From the NCBI GenBank assembly GCA_036406675.1, contig DASXAO010000106.1:12042-76041 (forward strand): a stretch of DNA of 64,000 bases, written 5' to 3'. A model generated the notes under the pieces. That model made no database searches, had not been told where the DNA came from, and saw only the letters and a program-made list of their open reading frames with translations. Of this stretch, positions 8,544-17,223 are shown in pieces. The position numbers were made by a program, and so were the translations under genes. This stretch comes from Burkholderiales bacterium. Lineage in GTDB: Bacteria > Pseudomonadota > Gammaproteobacteria > Burkholderiales > SG8-39. The stretch's first letter is position 1, and each line of letters starts with the position of its first letter.

Positions 8544-9845
8544 ATGAAACCGCTGTACCCGGCCGCGCTGGCCATCGTGGCTGCGCTCGCCTGCGGCGAG
8601 GCTGCCGCATTCTGTGGCTTCTACGTCGGCAAGGCCGACGCCGATCTCTTCAACGATGCATCCAAGGTGGTGCTGGTGCGCGACGGCGACCGCACCGTCA
8701 TCAACATGCTGAACGACTATCAGGGCCCGCTGGCGGACTTCGCCATGGTGGTGCCGGTCCCAGTGGTGCTGCAGAAGGAGGACGTAAAGACGCCCCAGCG
8801 GGCGCTTTTCGACCGGATCGACGCCTACAGCGCGCCGCGCCTCGCCGAGTACTTCGACCCCGACCCCTGCTATCCGCGGCTGGAGTACTCGCTCATGGAT
8901 CGGCTGGCTTCGGGCGTAACGGCGGCGATCAGATCGCCGATGCCGAAGGAACAGGCGCAAAGGCTCGGAGTGACCGTCGAGGCGCAGTACACCGTAGGCT
9001 CTTACGACATCGTGATTCTCTCCGCCAAGCAATCCGATGGCCTGGAGACCTGGCTGCACGAGAACGGATACCGGATTCCGCGCGGCGCTTCGAAGGCGCT
9101 CGCGCCGTACATCCGCCAGAAGCTCAAGTTCTTCGTGGCCCGCGTCAACCTGGAGGAGCACGCGAAGAGCGGCAACCGGTTCCTGCCGCCGCTGCAGTTC
9201 GCCTTCCGCACCGAGCGCTTCATGCTCCCGATCCGCCTCGGCATGATCAACGCGCGCGGACCGCAGGACCTCGTGCTCTGGGTGCTCACGCGCAACGGCC
9301 GCGTCGAGACCACTAACTATCGAACCGCCAAGCTTCCCGCGGACGTCGAGATCCCGCCTTACGTGAAGATCGACGAGGTGCACACCTTCGGCAGGTTCTA
9401 CAAGGCGATGTTCGACCAGCAGGCAAAGCGCGAAGGCCACCGCGTCGTCTTCACCGAATACTTCTGGGACATGTCGTGGTGCGACCCGTGCGCGGCGAAC
9501 CCGCTCAGCTCGCAGGAGCTCGTCAACCTGGGCGTGGACTGGGTGAGCGGCGACACGCGCCGGGGCGCGCGGGTCATGCTGACCCGGCTGCACGTGCGCT
9601 ACACAAGGGATACCTTCCCCGAGGATCTCGCGTTCCAGGAGACCGCGGATCGACAGAACTGGCAGACCCGCTATGTCCTGCGCCACCCGGCGAAGGTGGA
9701 CCTCGCAAGATGTCCGAACCGCGAGGCGCTGGATCGGTACCTTCGCGAATTGCGCGAGCGCCAGGACAGCGAGGCCCGGCTGCTCGCGAGCCTTACCGGC
9801 TGGAACATCGACGAAATCCGTGCGCGCGCCGGACTGGGCAAGTGA
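8544..9845 (+). CDS. Secreted DUF2330-like protein
   Basis: Signal peptide, then FCGFYVGKADADLFNDASKVVLVRDGDRTV..FAMVVPVP, which I recognise as the DUF2330 family pattern. AGGGGAGG lies 5 nt before ATG 8544. Confidence 0.65.
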   Translation: MKPLYPAALAIVAALACGEAAAFCGFYVGKADADLFNDASKVVLVRDGDRTVINMLNDYQGPLADFAMVVPVPVVLQKEDVKTPQRALFDRIDAYSAPRLAEYFDPDPCYPRLEYSLMDRLASGVTAAIRSPMPKEQAQRLGVTVEAQYTVGSYDIVILSAKQSDGLETWLHENGYRIPRGASKALAPYIRQKLKFFVARVNLEEHAKSGNRFLPPLQFAFRTERFMLPIRLGMINARGPQDLVLWVLTRNGRVETTNYRTAKLPADVEIPPYVKIDEVHTFGRFYKAMFDQQAKREGHRVVFTEYFWDMSWCDPCAANPLSSQELVNLGVDWVSGDTRRGARVMLTRLHVRYTRDTFPEDLAFQETADRQNWQTRYVLRHPAKVDLARCPNREALDRYLRELRERQDSEARLLASLTGWNIDEIRARAGLGK

Positions 9846-10636
9846 AGCTGGACCCGCGCCTCTATCAGATCGGGTTCCTGAGCGGGTTGCTCGCCACCGG
9901 GATCCTTGCCCGCGACTTCAGCCTGCGCTGGGACCAGATGCTGCTTTGCTTTGCAGCGGGCCTCGCCACGCAGGGGCTGTGGCTGCGCCATCTGGGGCTG
10001 AAGCACGTGGGCTATCTGAGCGCGGTCGTGACCTGCTTCGGCCTGTCCGCGCTGCTGCGCGCCGACAGCGCGTGGGTCCATCCCCTCGCGGCCGCGGCGT
10101 GCATATCCGCGAAGTTCACGCTGCGCGTCAACGGCAAGCATCTGTTCAATCCCACGAATCTCGGCGTCGTCCTCGCGGTGTGCCTTTTCCCCGGCGCCTG
10201 GATCTCGCCCGGACAATGGGGCAGCGACCTCGCCCTCGCGTGCTGGATCGTCGCGCTCGGCGGCATCGTCACCACGAGCGCCCGGCGCTTCGACGTCAGC
10301 CTGGCCTTTCTCGCGTTCTATCTCGGGGCGCTCGCGCTGCGCGTGGCCTGGCTGGGGCAGAGCTGGGCGGTGTTCGCCCACCAGCTGCAGAGCGGCGCTC
10401 TGCTCCTCTTTACCTTCTTCATGGTCTCGGACCCCATGACGATTCCCAGCCGGGCCCCGGCACGCGTGTTCTACGCGGCGTGCGTCGCCGCGCTTGCGTA
10501 TTTCTGGCAGTACGTGCTCTATATCCCGAACGGACCGGTGTGGAGTCTGTTCCTGTGCGCATGGCTTGTTCCGCTGCTCGACCGCCTGCTGCCCGGTCAG
10601 CGCTATGCCTGGCGCTCGGGTAGCATGCCGGCCTGA
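9842..10636 (+). CDS. Polytopic membrane protein, NqrB/RnfD-family-like (short, orphan)
   Basis: GTG 9842 overlaps the upstream stop (GTGA). About 8 hydrophobic segments. HLFNPTNLG and FFMVSDPMTIP resemble the NqrB/RnfD signature motifs. Confidence 0.6.
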   Translation: MKLDPRLYQIGFLSGLLATGILARDFSLRWDQMLLCFAAGLATQGLWLRHLGLKHVGYLSAVVTCFGLSALLRADSAWVHPLAAAACISAKFTLRVNGKHLFNPTNLGVVLAVCLFPGAWISPGQWGSDLALACWIVALGGIVTTSARRFDVSLAFLAFYLGALALRVAWLGQSWAVFAHQLQSGALLLFTFFMVSDPMTIPSRAPARVFYAACVAALAYFWQYVLYIPNGPVWSLFLCAWLVPLLDRLLPGQRYAWRSGSMPA

Positions 10637-10675
10637 TGCCGAAGGTCTCCAACTCTTAAGGGATACTTAAGGACC

Positions 10676-11074
10676 TTGAAGGAAGGAATCCGGATCCCGG
10701 TCCGGGTGTACTACCAGGACACCGACGCCGGAGGCGTTGTGTTCCATGCCCAGTACCTCGCGTTCATGGAGCGCGCCCGCAGCGAGCTGCTCCACGCGCT
10801 CGGCCTCGACCTGGCGCACCTGGCCGACGCGCGGCGCGTACTATTCCTCGTCCACGAGCTCAAGGCGCGCTACCACGCCCCCGGGCGCCTCAACGACATG
10901 CTATCGGTGTCAGCCGAAGTGGTTAAAATGGGCCGCGCCAGCTTGGTGTTCCGCCATCGGGTGGAACGCGGTGCCGAGCTGCTGGTCGAAGCGGAGGTAG
11001 TCCTCGCCACGGTCGACCGAGATCGAATGAAGCCGGCGCGTGTGCCGGTAGAACTACAACAGGCGTTTAAATGA
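10676..11074 (+). CDS. ybgC: Tol-Pal-associated acyl-CoA thioesterase YbgC
   Basis: VRVYYQDTDAGGVVFHAQYLAFMERAR is a 4HBT hotdog motif. The gene lies immediately upstream of tolQ with an ATGA overlap. Confidence 0.9.
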   Translation: MKEGIRIPVRVYYQDTDAGGVVFHAQYLAFMERARSELLHALGLDLAHLADARRVLFLVHELKARYHAPGRLNDMLSVSAEVVKMGRASLVFRHRVERGAELLVEAEVVLATVDRDRMKPARVPVELQQAFK

Positions 11075-11751
11075 CCGGAACCCAAGACCTCGACATCTGG
11101 ACGCTGATCGTCCACGCGAGCTTCGTCGTCAAGATAGTGATGTTCCTGCTGCTCGCCGTGTCGTTCATGTCGTGGATGTTCATCTTCCAGAAGTGGTTCT
11201 CGATCCGGCGCGCCAACGTGCAGACCGACAAGTTCGAGCGCGAGTTCTGGAGCGGAAACGACCTGAACACCCTCTACCAGGGCGCGGTGAACAACCGCCA
11301 CAGCATCGGCAGCCTCGAGCGCGTGTTCGAGGCGGGCTTTCGCGAGTTCGCCAAGCTGCGCGGCCAGCGCGGCACCGACCCTACCAACATGGTCGACGGC
11401 GCGCGCCGCGCGATGCGCGCCACCTTCCAGCGCGAGATGGACTTCATAGAGCGCCACCTCGCGTTCCTCGCCTCCACCGGCTCGGTGAGCCCGTACGTCG
11501 GGCTCTTCGGCACCGTGTGGGGCATCATGCACGCGTTCCGCAGCCTCGCCAACGTCCAGCAGGCGACCCTCGCGCAGGTCGCCCCCGGGATCGCCGAGGC
11601 GCTCGTCGCCACCGCGATCGGCCTGTTCGCGGCGATTCCCGCGGTGGTCGCCTACAACCGCTATTCGCACGACATCGAGCGGCTCGCCAACCGCTTCGAA
11701 AGCTTCATGGAAGAGTTTTCCAACATTCTTCATCGCCAGGCGGTGAAGTAA
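11071..11751 (+). CDS. tolQ: Tol-Pal system protein TolQ
   Basis: MotA/TolQ/ExbB pattern of 226 aa with ..LAFLASTGSVSPYVGLFGTVWGIM.. The gene order supports the call. Confidence 0.93.
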   Translation: MTGTQDLDIWTLIVHASFVVKIVMFLLLAVSFMSWMFIFQKWFSIRRANVQTDKFEREFWSGNDLNTLYQGAVNNRHSIGSLERVFEAGFREFAKLRGQRGTDPTNMVDGARRAMRATFQREMDFIERHLAFLASTGSVSPYVGLFGTVWGIMHAFRSLANVQQATLAQVAPGIAEALVATAIGLFAAIPAVVAYNRYSHDIERLANRFESFMEEFSNILHRQAVK

Positions 11752-11757
11752 AGCAAC

Positions 11758-12186
11758 ATGCCAGCCCTGAGGCGCAAACACGGACCGATGCACGACATCA
11801 ACGTCGTGCCCTACATCGACGTGATGCTGGTGCTGCTCGTCATCTTCATGGTCACCGCGCCGCTCATCACCCCGTCGGTGATCGACCTGCCGACCGTGGG
11901 CAAGGCAAGCGCGCCTCGCGTCGTGCCGCTGGAGGTGTTCGTGCGCGCCGACCAGGGACTGGTGGTGCGCACGCGCGACCGCAACGGCCGCATCGTCGAC
12001 GAGGCGAGCGTCTCGCGCGCCGACCTCGCCAAGGTGCTGAAGAACGCGCGCGGCGCGAACGAGGAGCTCTCGGTGCTCGTGGGCGGCGACAAGAACGCGC
12101 GCTACGAGTCCGTGCTCCAGGTCATGGACGAGCTGCGCAAGCAGGGAATCCAAAGGGTCGGATTGCAGGTCAAAGTCGCGCAATGA
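11758..12186 (+). CDS. tolR: Tol-Pal system protein TolR
   Basis: [22 protein letters not shown] is the ExbD/TolR TM signature. 142 aa. Confidence 0.93.
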   Translation: MPALRRKHGPMHDINVVPYIDVMLVLLVIFMVTAPLITPSVIDLPTVGKASAPRVVPLEVFVRADQGLVVRTRDRNGRIVDEASVSRADLAKVLKNARGANEELSVLVGGDKNARYESVLQVMDELRKQGIQRVGLQVKVAQ

Positions 12187-12278
12187 GCACGTCGGCTTAC
12201 GCCATGGTTTGCCGATGAGCACATCGGCAGACTTGATGGGTTGCCAATGAGTACATTGGCCGACTTCAGAGCCCGCCC
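12183..12278 (+). repeat. Three tandem 32-bp copies of the tolA start module
   Basis: The copies are ATGAGCACGTCGGCTTACGCCATGGTTTGCCG, ATGAGCACATCGGCAGACTTGATGGGTTGCCA and ATGAGTACATTGGCCGACTTCAG.. Copies 1 and 2 are 11-codon ORFs that each end in an ATGA overlap with the next start. Confidence 0.85.
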
Positions 12279-13020
12279 GGACTACGGGTTGGGGCGCGCC
12301 TTCCTGCTCGCCTTCGCCGTCCATGCGGTACTAATTGCGTTCATGTTCATAGGCGTGCGCATGCAGAACCGCCCGGGCGACACGGTCACCGTGGAGCTGT
12401 GGGAAGCTCCGCCTCCGCCGCCGCCGCCGGCTCCGGTGGTCCAGGCTCCGAAGCCCCCGCCGCCCGCGCCGCCGAAAGTAGAACCGCCCAAGCCCCCGCC
12501 CGAGCCCGAGGTGAAGAAGCCCGACATCGTCGAAAAGGCGCCGCCGCCCAAGCCGAAGCCCAAGCCCAAGCCCGAGGCGAAGGCGCCGCCGAAGGACGAC
12601 CTCGAGAAACTGCTGCTGCGCGAGCAGGCGGCGATGGAGGAGCAGAAGCTCGCCGAGGAGCGCCGCCAGATCGCCGAGGCGCAGCGCAAGGCAGAGTCCG
12701 AGAAGATGGCGCGTCAGCTCGCGGCCAAGGCGAGCGACAAGGCGCTCACTGACTACGTGAATCGCATCCGCGCCGCCGTTCGCCAGAGATGGATCTTGCC
12801 GCAGGATCTGCAAGGCAATCCCCAGTGCATCTTCAGGGTCGTGCAGCTGCCGACTGGTGAGGTGGTCGAAGGGCAGCTGCGGCTGCTCAAGTCGAGCGGC
12901 AACGGGGCGTACGACGAGGCGGTGCGGCGCGCGATCCTGGCAGCCTCGCCGCTGCCGCCGCCGCCGCCGGGGGTGCAGTTCTACCGCGAGCTCGAACTGA
13001 CCTTCCGACCTAAAGATTAA
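12247..13020 (+). CDS. tolA: Cell envelope integrity protein TolA
   Basis: N-terminal TM segment, a Pro/Lys/Ala-rich linker (PPPPPPPAP..PKPKPKPKP), and a TonB/TolA C-terminal domain. ATG 12247 is preferred over TTG 12241. Confidence 0.88.
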   Translation: MSTLADFRARPDYGLGRAFLLAFAVHAVLIAFMFIGVRMQNRPGDTVTVELWEAPPPPPPPAPVVQAPKPPPPAPPKVEPPKPPPEPEVKKPDIVEKAPPPKPKPKPKPEAKAPPKDDLEKLLLREQAAMEEQKLAEERRQIAEAQRKAESEKMARQLAAKASDKALTDYVNRIRAAVRQRWILPQDLQGNPQCIFRVVQLPTGEVVEGQLRLLKSSGNGAYDEAVRRAILAASPLPPPPPGVQFYRELELTFRPKD

Positions 13021-13024
13021 GCCT

Positions 13025-14344
13025 GTGACCGCAACCAACAACACGACAGGGATCCAACGCGTGGCATCGCGCTTCCTTTGGCTGTTTGCAATCGGTCTCA
13101 CTCTCGCCGCCTCGGGGGCGCGCGCGCAGCTCCAGATCGAGATCACGGGGGCGACCGAGAGGCGCACCCCCGTCGCCATCGTGCCGTTCGCCGGCGAGGG
13201 CGCCCTCGGACCCACCGCCATCAGCTCGATCGTTCGCGCCGACCTCGAGCGCAGCGGCCTCTTCCGCGCGCTCGAGCTGCCGCCGCTCAACCCGGTCCCG
13301 ACCGAAGCGTCCACGGTGAATTACAACGAGTGGCGCTCGCGTCTCGCCGACGCGCTGGTGGTGGGCTCGGTGTCGAGCCGGCCCGACGGGCGCTACGAGG
13401 CGCGCTTCCGCCTGCACGACGTGGTGAAGCAGACGCCCCTGGGCGGCATCGCGTACACCATGACCAAGGACCAGGTGCGCGCGACCGCGCACCGCATCGC
13501 CGACTACGTGTACGAGAAGCTCACCGGCGACAAGGGCGTGTTCTCGACCCGCATCGCCTACGTGGTCAAGCGCGGCAACCGCTACGAGCTGCAGATCGCC
13601 GATGCGGACGGCGAAAACGCGGAGACCGCGCTCGCTTCCTTCGAGCCGATCATCTCGCCCGCCTGGTCGCCCGACGGCCGGCGCCTCGCCTACGTGTCGT
13701 TCGAGAACAAGAAGCCGGTGATCTACGTGCACTCGCTGCTCGACGGCAAGCGCAACGTGGCGGCGAATTTCCGGGGCTCCAACTCCGCGCCGGCCTGGTC
13801 GCCGGACGGCAAGACCCTCGCGGTGACGCTCTCGCGCGAGGGCGGCTCGCAGATCTTCTTGCTGAACCCTGACGGCAGCAACGTGAAGCGCATCACGACC
13901 TCGTCGGCGATCGACACCGAGCCGAGGTACTCGCCGGACGGAAAGTGGCTCTATTTCACGTCCGACCGCGGCGGCACGCCGCAGATCTACCGCATGCCCG
14001 CCACCGGCGGGGAGCCGCAGCGCGTGACTTTCGATGGGGGCTATAATGTGTCCCCGCGTCCTTCACCTGACGGCAAGCAGCTCGCGTACATCACGCGCAA
14101 CAGCGGCAGGTTCCAGGTGGCGCTACAAGACCTAGAGAACAGGCAGGTGCAGATCATCACCGACAGCGACCGCGACGAGTCGCCGAGCTTTGCTCCCAAC
14201 GGCCGCATGATCCTGTTCGCCACCGTGATCGGCGGCCGCGGCCTGCTGTCGGCGGTCTCGGCAGACGGCCGCTTCAAGCAACGACTCTCTGCGGCCACCG
14301 GCGGCGACGTGCGCGAGCCGGCCTGGGGCCCCTTCATCGAATAA
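13025..14344 (+). CDS. tolB: Tol-Pal system beta-propeller protein TolB
   Basis: Signal peptide, then repeated SPAWSPDG/YSPDG propeller blades. 439 aa. The start could alternatively be GTG 13061. Confidence 0.93.
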   Translation: MTATNNTTGIQRVASRFLWLFAIGLTLAASGARAQLQIEITGATERRTPVAIVPFAGEGALGPTAISSIVRADLERSGLFRALELPPLNPVPTEASTVNYNEWRSRLADALVVGSVSSRPDGRYEARFRLHDVVKQTPLGGIAYTMTKDQVRATAHRIADYVYEKLTGDKGVFSTRIAYVVKRGNRYELQIADADGENAETALASFEPIISPAWSPDGRRLAYVSFENKKPVIYVHSLLDGKRNVAANFRGSNSAPAWSPDGKTLAVTLSREGGSQIFLLNPDGSNVKRITTSSAIDTEPRYSPDGKWLYFTSDRGGTPQIYRMPATGGEPQRVTFDGGYNVSPRPSPDGKQLAYITRNSGRFQVALQDLENRQVQIITDSDRDESPSFAPNGRMILFATVIGGRGLLSAVSADGRFKQRLSAATGGDVREPAWGPFIE

Positions 14345-14370
14345 CCGACGCCATGCAAAAAGGAGAAGCC

Positions 14371-14937
14371 ATGCGCGCGTACTACAGCCCGATCCTCGTC
14401 ACAATCGCCATCGCAGCCCTCATCGCCGGCTGCAGCACCACCCCGGAGGGCGGCGACCAGAGCGGCGCCCCGGTCACCGACGCCAACAAGCCCGGCGCCA
14501 AGCCGGGCGCGGGCGCGCAGACCGGGCCGATCGCGAAGATCGACGTGACCAAGCCGGGCGCGGTCACCGGCGCCGATCCGCGACTGAAGACCGGAGCCCT
14601 CGCGCAGCGCTCGATCTACTACGACCTGGACCAGTTCGACATCAAGGACCAGTACCGCGGCCTGGTCGAGGCGCACGCCAAGTACCTGCGCGAGAACCCC
14701 TCGGCGAAGGTCCTGATCCAGGGCAACACCGACGAGCGCGGCAGCCGCGAGTACAACGTCGGCCTCGGCCAGCGCCGCTCCGACGGCGTGAAGAAGATGC
14801 TGGTGCTGCTCGGCGCGCGCGACAACCAGATCGAGTCGGTGAGCCTGGGCGAGGAGAAGCCGCAGGCCGATGGCCACGACGAGTCCGCGTGGTCCAAGAA
14901 CCGCCGCAGCGACATCCTCTACAGCGGCGAATACTGA
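14371..14937 (+). CDS. pal: Peptidoglycan-associated lipoprotein Pal
   Basis: Lipobox LIAGCS. The OmpA-like C-domain reads NTDERGSREYNVGLGQRRSD. AAAGGAGAAG precedes ATG 14371. Confidence 0.92.
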   Translation: MRAYYSPILVTIAIAALIAGCSTTPEGGDQSGAPVTDANKPGAKPGAGAQTGPIAKIDVTKPGAVTGADPRLKTGALAQRSIYYDLDQFDIKDQYRGLVEAHAKYLRENPSAKVLIQGNTDERGSREYNVGLGQRRSDGVKKMLVLLGARDNQIESVSLGEEKPQADGHDESAWSKNRRSDILYSGEY

Positions 14938-15782
14938 TGCGCTTCCCCACCGCCGCGGTCCTCGCGCCGCTGTTCTCGCTCCTTACCGCCGTGCCCTGCT
15001 TCGCGCAGGGCCTGTTCGACGACAACGAAGCGCGCCGGCGCGTGGAGGCCCTGCGCCAGCAGCTGCTCGAGCAGAACCGCCTGATGGAAGAGCGCATGAC
15101 CAAGATGGAAACGGCGGTCGCCGGGGCGAGCGACCGCTCCGCGATGCTCGACATCGCGAGCCAGATCGAGGCATTGCGCGGCGACATCGCCAAGATGCGC
15201 GGCCAGCTCGAGGTGGCTACGAACCAGATCGAGGTCGCCGACAAGCGGCAGAAGGACCTCTATCTCGACATCGACACCCGCATCCGCAAGCTCGAAGAGG
15301 CGAACGAGAAGTCGGCCGCCGCAGCGGCCGCAGCGGGCGCCGCCGCCGGGGCTGCCGGGGCGCAGCCGGGGCAACAGGCATCCGCCGCCGAGTCGCAGCA
15401 GGCCGGCGAGATGCGCGCCTACCAGGCCGCGCTCGACCAGTTCAAGCTCGGCAACTACCCGCTCGCGGTCTCGGCGATGCAGGGCTTTCTCGTGACCTAC
15501 CCGAACAGCTCGCTCGCGCCGAACGCCCAGTACTGGATCGGCATGGCGCACTCCGGACAGCGCGACTACAAGAGCGCGATCGCCGCGCAGCGCAAGCTGC
15601 TCGCGTCCTGGCCCGAAAGCGAGAAGGCGCCCGACGCGCTGCTGAGCATCGCGAGCTCCCAGGAAACCATGGGCGACCGCAGGAACGCGCAGAAGACGCT
15701 CGAGGAAGTCATCCAGCGCTACCCGAAGAGCAGCGCCGCCGCGAGCGCGAAGCAGCGCCTCGCCGCGTCGAAGAAGGGCTGA
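14937..15782 (+). CDS. cpoB: Tol-Pal system protein YbgF/CpoB
   Basis: The ATG overlaps the pal stop (TGATG). Has a signal peptide, a coiled-coil N-domain and a TPR C-domain (YQAALDQFKLGNYPLAV..YWIGMAH). Confidence 0.88.
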   Translation: MRFPTAAVLAPLFSLLTAVPCFAQGLFDDNEARRRVEALRQQLLEQNRLMEERMTKMETAVAGASDRSAMLDIASQIEALRGDIAKMRGQLEVATNQIEVADKRQKDLYLDIDTRIRKLEEANEKSAAAAAAAGAAAGAAGAQPGQQASAAESQQAGEMRAYQAALDQFKLGNYPLAVSAMQGFLVTYPNSSLAPNAQYWIGMAHSGQRDYKSAIAAQRKLLASWPESEKAPDALLSIASSQETMGDRRNAQKTLEEVIQRYPKSSAAASAKQRLAASKKG

Positions 15783-15837
15783 GCCTCAAGAAGGCGCGTC
15801 AATCGTCGAGACCACCCCAGCGCAGCTCGCTCCCTAC

Positions 15838-16896
15838 GTGACGGGGGGCGCGTTCGCTCTCGCCTTCGTCTTCGGCGCGGTCGGCAACAGGACCCGCTTC
15901 TGCACCATGGGCGCGGTGTCCGACTGGATCAACATGGGGAACCTGAGCCGCATGCGCATGTGGCTCCTCGCCATCGCGGTGGCGCTCCTCGGCTCGAGCG
16001 CGCTGCACCTTGCCGGCGTCGTGGATCTCTCGAAGTCCATCTATCCCGGCCCGAACTTCACCTGGCTCTCGTACCTCGTCGGCGGATTTCTCTTCGGCGT
16101 CGGCATGACCCTCGGCTCGGGCTGCGGCTCGAAGACCCTCATCCGCATCGGCGGCGGCAGCCTCAAGTCCCTCGTGGTGTACGTGTTCCTGGGAATCGCC
16201 GCCTACATGACGCTGCGCGGCGTGCTGGGCGCGTTTCGCGTCGGCGTGCTCGAGAAGGCGACGCTCGCCCTGCCGCCGGGACAGGACCTGCCTTCGCTCC
16301 TGGGCCTGAGTCGAAGCGTGCTCGCCGTTCTCGTCGCCGGAGCTTTGCTCGCATTCGTATACGCAAGCCGGGAGTTCCGCGCGACCCCGGACTACACCAT
16401 CGGCGGGGTGGTGACGGGGCTCGTGGTGGTGGGCGGCTGGTACGTGAGCGGGCACGTGGGACACCTCGCCGAAGACCCGAACACCCTGCAGGAGGCCTTC
16501 GTCGCCACCAACAGCGGGCGCATGGAGTCGTTCTCGTTCGTCTCGCCGCTCGCCTACACGCTCGAGTACCTGATGTTCTGGACCGACAAGTCGAAGATCA
16601 TCACCTACGGCATCGCCTCGGCGGCGGGCGTGATCGCCGGGTCGGCGGCCTACGCCATCGCCTCGAAGACCTTCCACTGGGAGGGCTTCCGCGATGCCGA
16701 GGACACGGCGCTCCACGTCGTCGGCGGCATCCTGATGGGCTTCGGCGGCATCACCGCCCTGGGCTGCACCATCGGCCAGGCGATCACGGGGTTTTCCACC
16801 CTCGCGCTCGGCTCGATCATCACTTTTGCGGCCATCGTCGCCGGCTCCGCGGCGACGATGAAGTGGCAATACTGGCGCCTCACCCGACAGGGCTGA
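15838..16896 (+). CDS. YeeE/YedE-family (thiosulfate/sulfur-compound) transporter
   Basis: Two halves each carry the conserved Cys motif (GNRTRFCTMGAV and ALGCTIGQ). The protein is polytopic, 352 aa. Confidence 0.8.
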   Translation: MTGGAFALAFVFGAVGNRTRFCTMGAVSDWINMGNLSRMRMWLLAIAVALLGSSALHLAGVVDLSKSIYPGPNFTWLSYLVGGFLFGVGMTLGSGCGSKTLIRIGGGSLKSLVVYVFLGIAAYMTLRGVLGAFRVGVLEKATLALPPGQDLPSLLGLSRSVLAVLVAGALLAFVYASREFRATPDYTIGGVVTGLVVVGGWYVSGHVGHLAEDPNTLQEAFVATNSGRMESFSFVSPLAYTLEYLMFWTDKSKIITYGIASAAGVIAGSAAYAIASKTFHWEGFRDAEDTALHVVGGILMGFGGITALGCTIGQAITGFSTLALGSIITFAAIVAGSAATMKWQYWRLTRQG

Positions 16897-16935
16897 TAAA
16901 ATTCAGCCTCTTCAAGCCTTTCCGCACATAACTCC

Positions 16936-17011
16936 GGGTCGTTAGCTCAGCTGGTAGAGCAGCGGACTTTTAATCCGTTGGTCGGCGGTTCGAATCCGCC
17001 ACGACCTACCA
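16936..17011 (+). tRNA. tRNA-Lys (anticodon UUU)
   Basis: GGGTCGTTAGCTCAGCTGGTAGAGCAGCGGACTTTTAATCCGTTGGTCGGCGGTTCGAATCCGCCACGACCTACCA folds as a cloverleaf. The anticodon loop is CTTTTAA and the CCA is encoded. Confidence 0.93.
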
Positions 17012-17122
17012 ACTTCTCAGGCGCATCGCTCGATCTTAGGAATTTGGCGATCTCGGCGGTGACGCGGCGACGCGGGAACCGGGCCAGGGACCGAATTCGT
17101 CGGCCCTGGAAGAGTCACTCCC

Positions 17123-17147
17123 GGTTCGATTCCGCCGCGATCTACCA
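17123..17147 (+). repeat. Degenerate copy of the tRNA-Lys 3' end (T-arm plus acceptor plus CCA)
   Basis: GGTTCGATTCCGCCGCGATCTACCA compared with GGTTCGAATCCGCCACGACCTACCA (16987-17011) gives 22/25 identical. There is no complete cloverleaf upstream. Confidence 0.6.
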
Positions 17148-17223
17148 ACATCTTGATGAAGCGCCAGGTCCAGCTCCGACCTGAACCTGCGCAATCCGTA
17201 GCTGAAACCGGCACTCAAAATCC

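Noticed and set aside
7404-9686. 760-aa minus-strand ORF opposite ruvB and the DUF2330-like gene. Similar long antisense ORFs occur at 21323..23134, 24074..25525, 26966..28771, 42435..44324, 50830..52152, 53222..55792 and 61995..63467.
   Set aside because: Each lies opposite a gene with strong family motifs. All share the same low-complexity Arg/Gly/Ala/Asp-rich composition with no recognisable motifs.
12400-12620. Highly repetitive Pro/Lys/Ala-coding DNA (CCGCCG.., AAGCCCAAGCCC..) that could be mistaken for a repeat array or CRISPR.
   Set aside because: It lies inside tolA and encodes the usual Pro/Lys-rich periplasm-spanning linker. There is no repeat-spacer organisation.
17040-17148. Possible second tRNA, tRNA-Sec or tmRNA-like gene downstream of tRNA-Lys.
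   Set aside because: No 7-bp acceptor stem can be formed with the 3' end (the 5' candidate GCGATCT is a direct copy, not a complement). No anticodon arm is recognisable and the T-stem has a mismatch. It is treated as a partial 3'-end repeat only.
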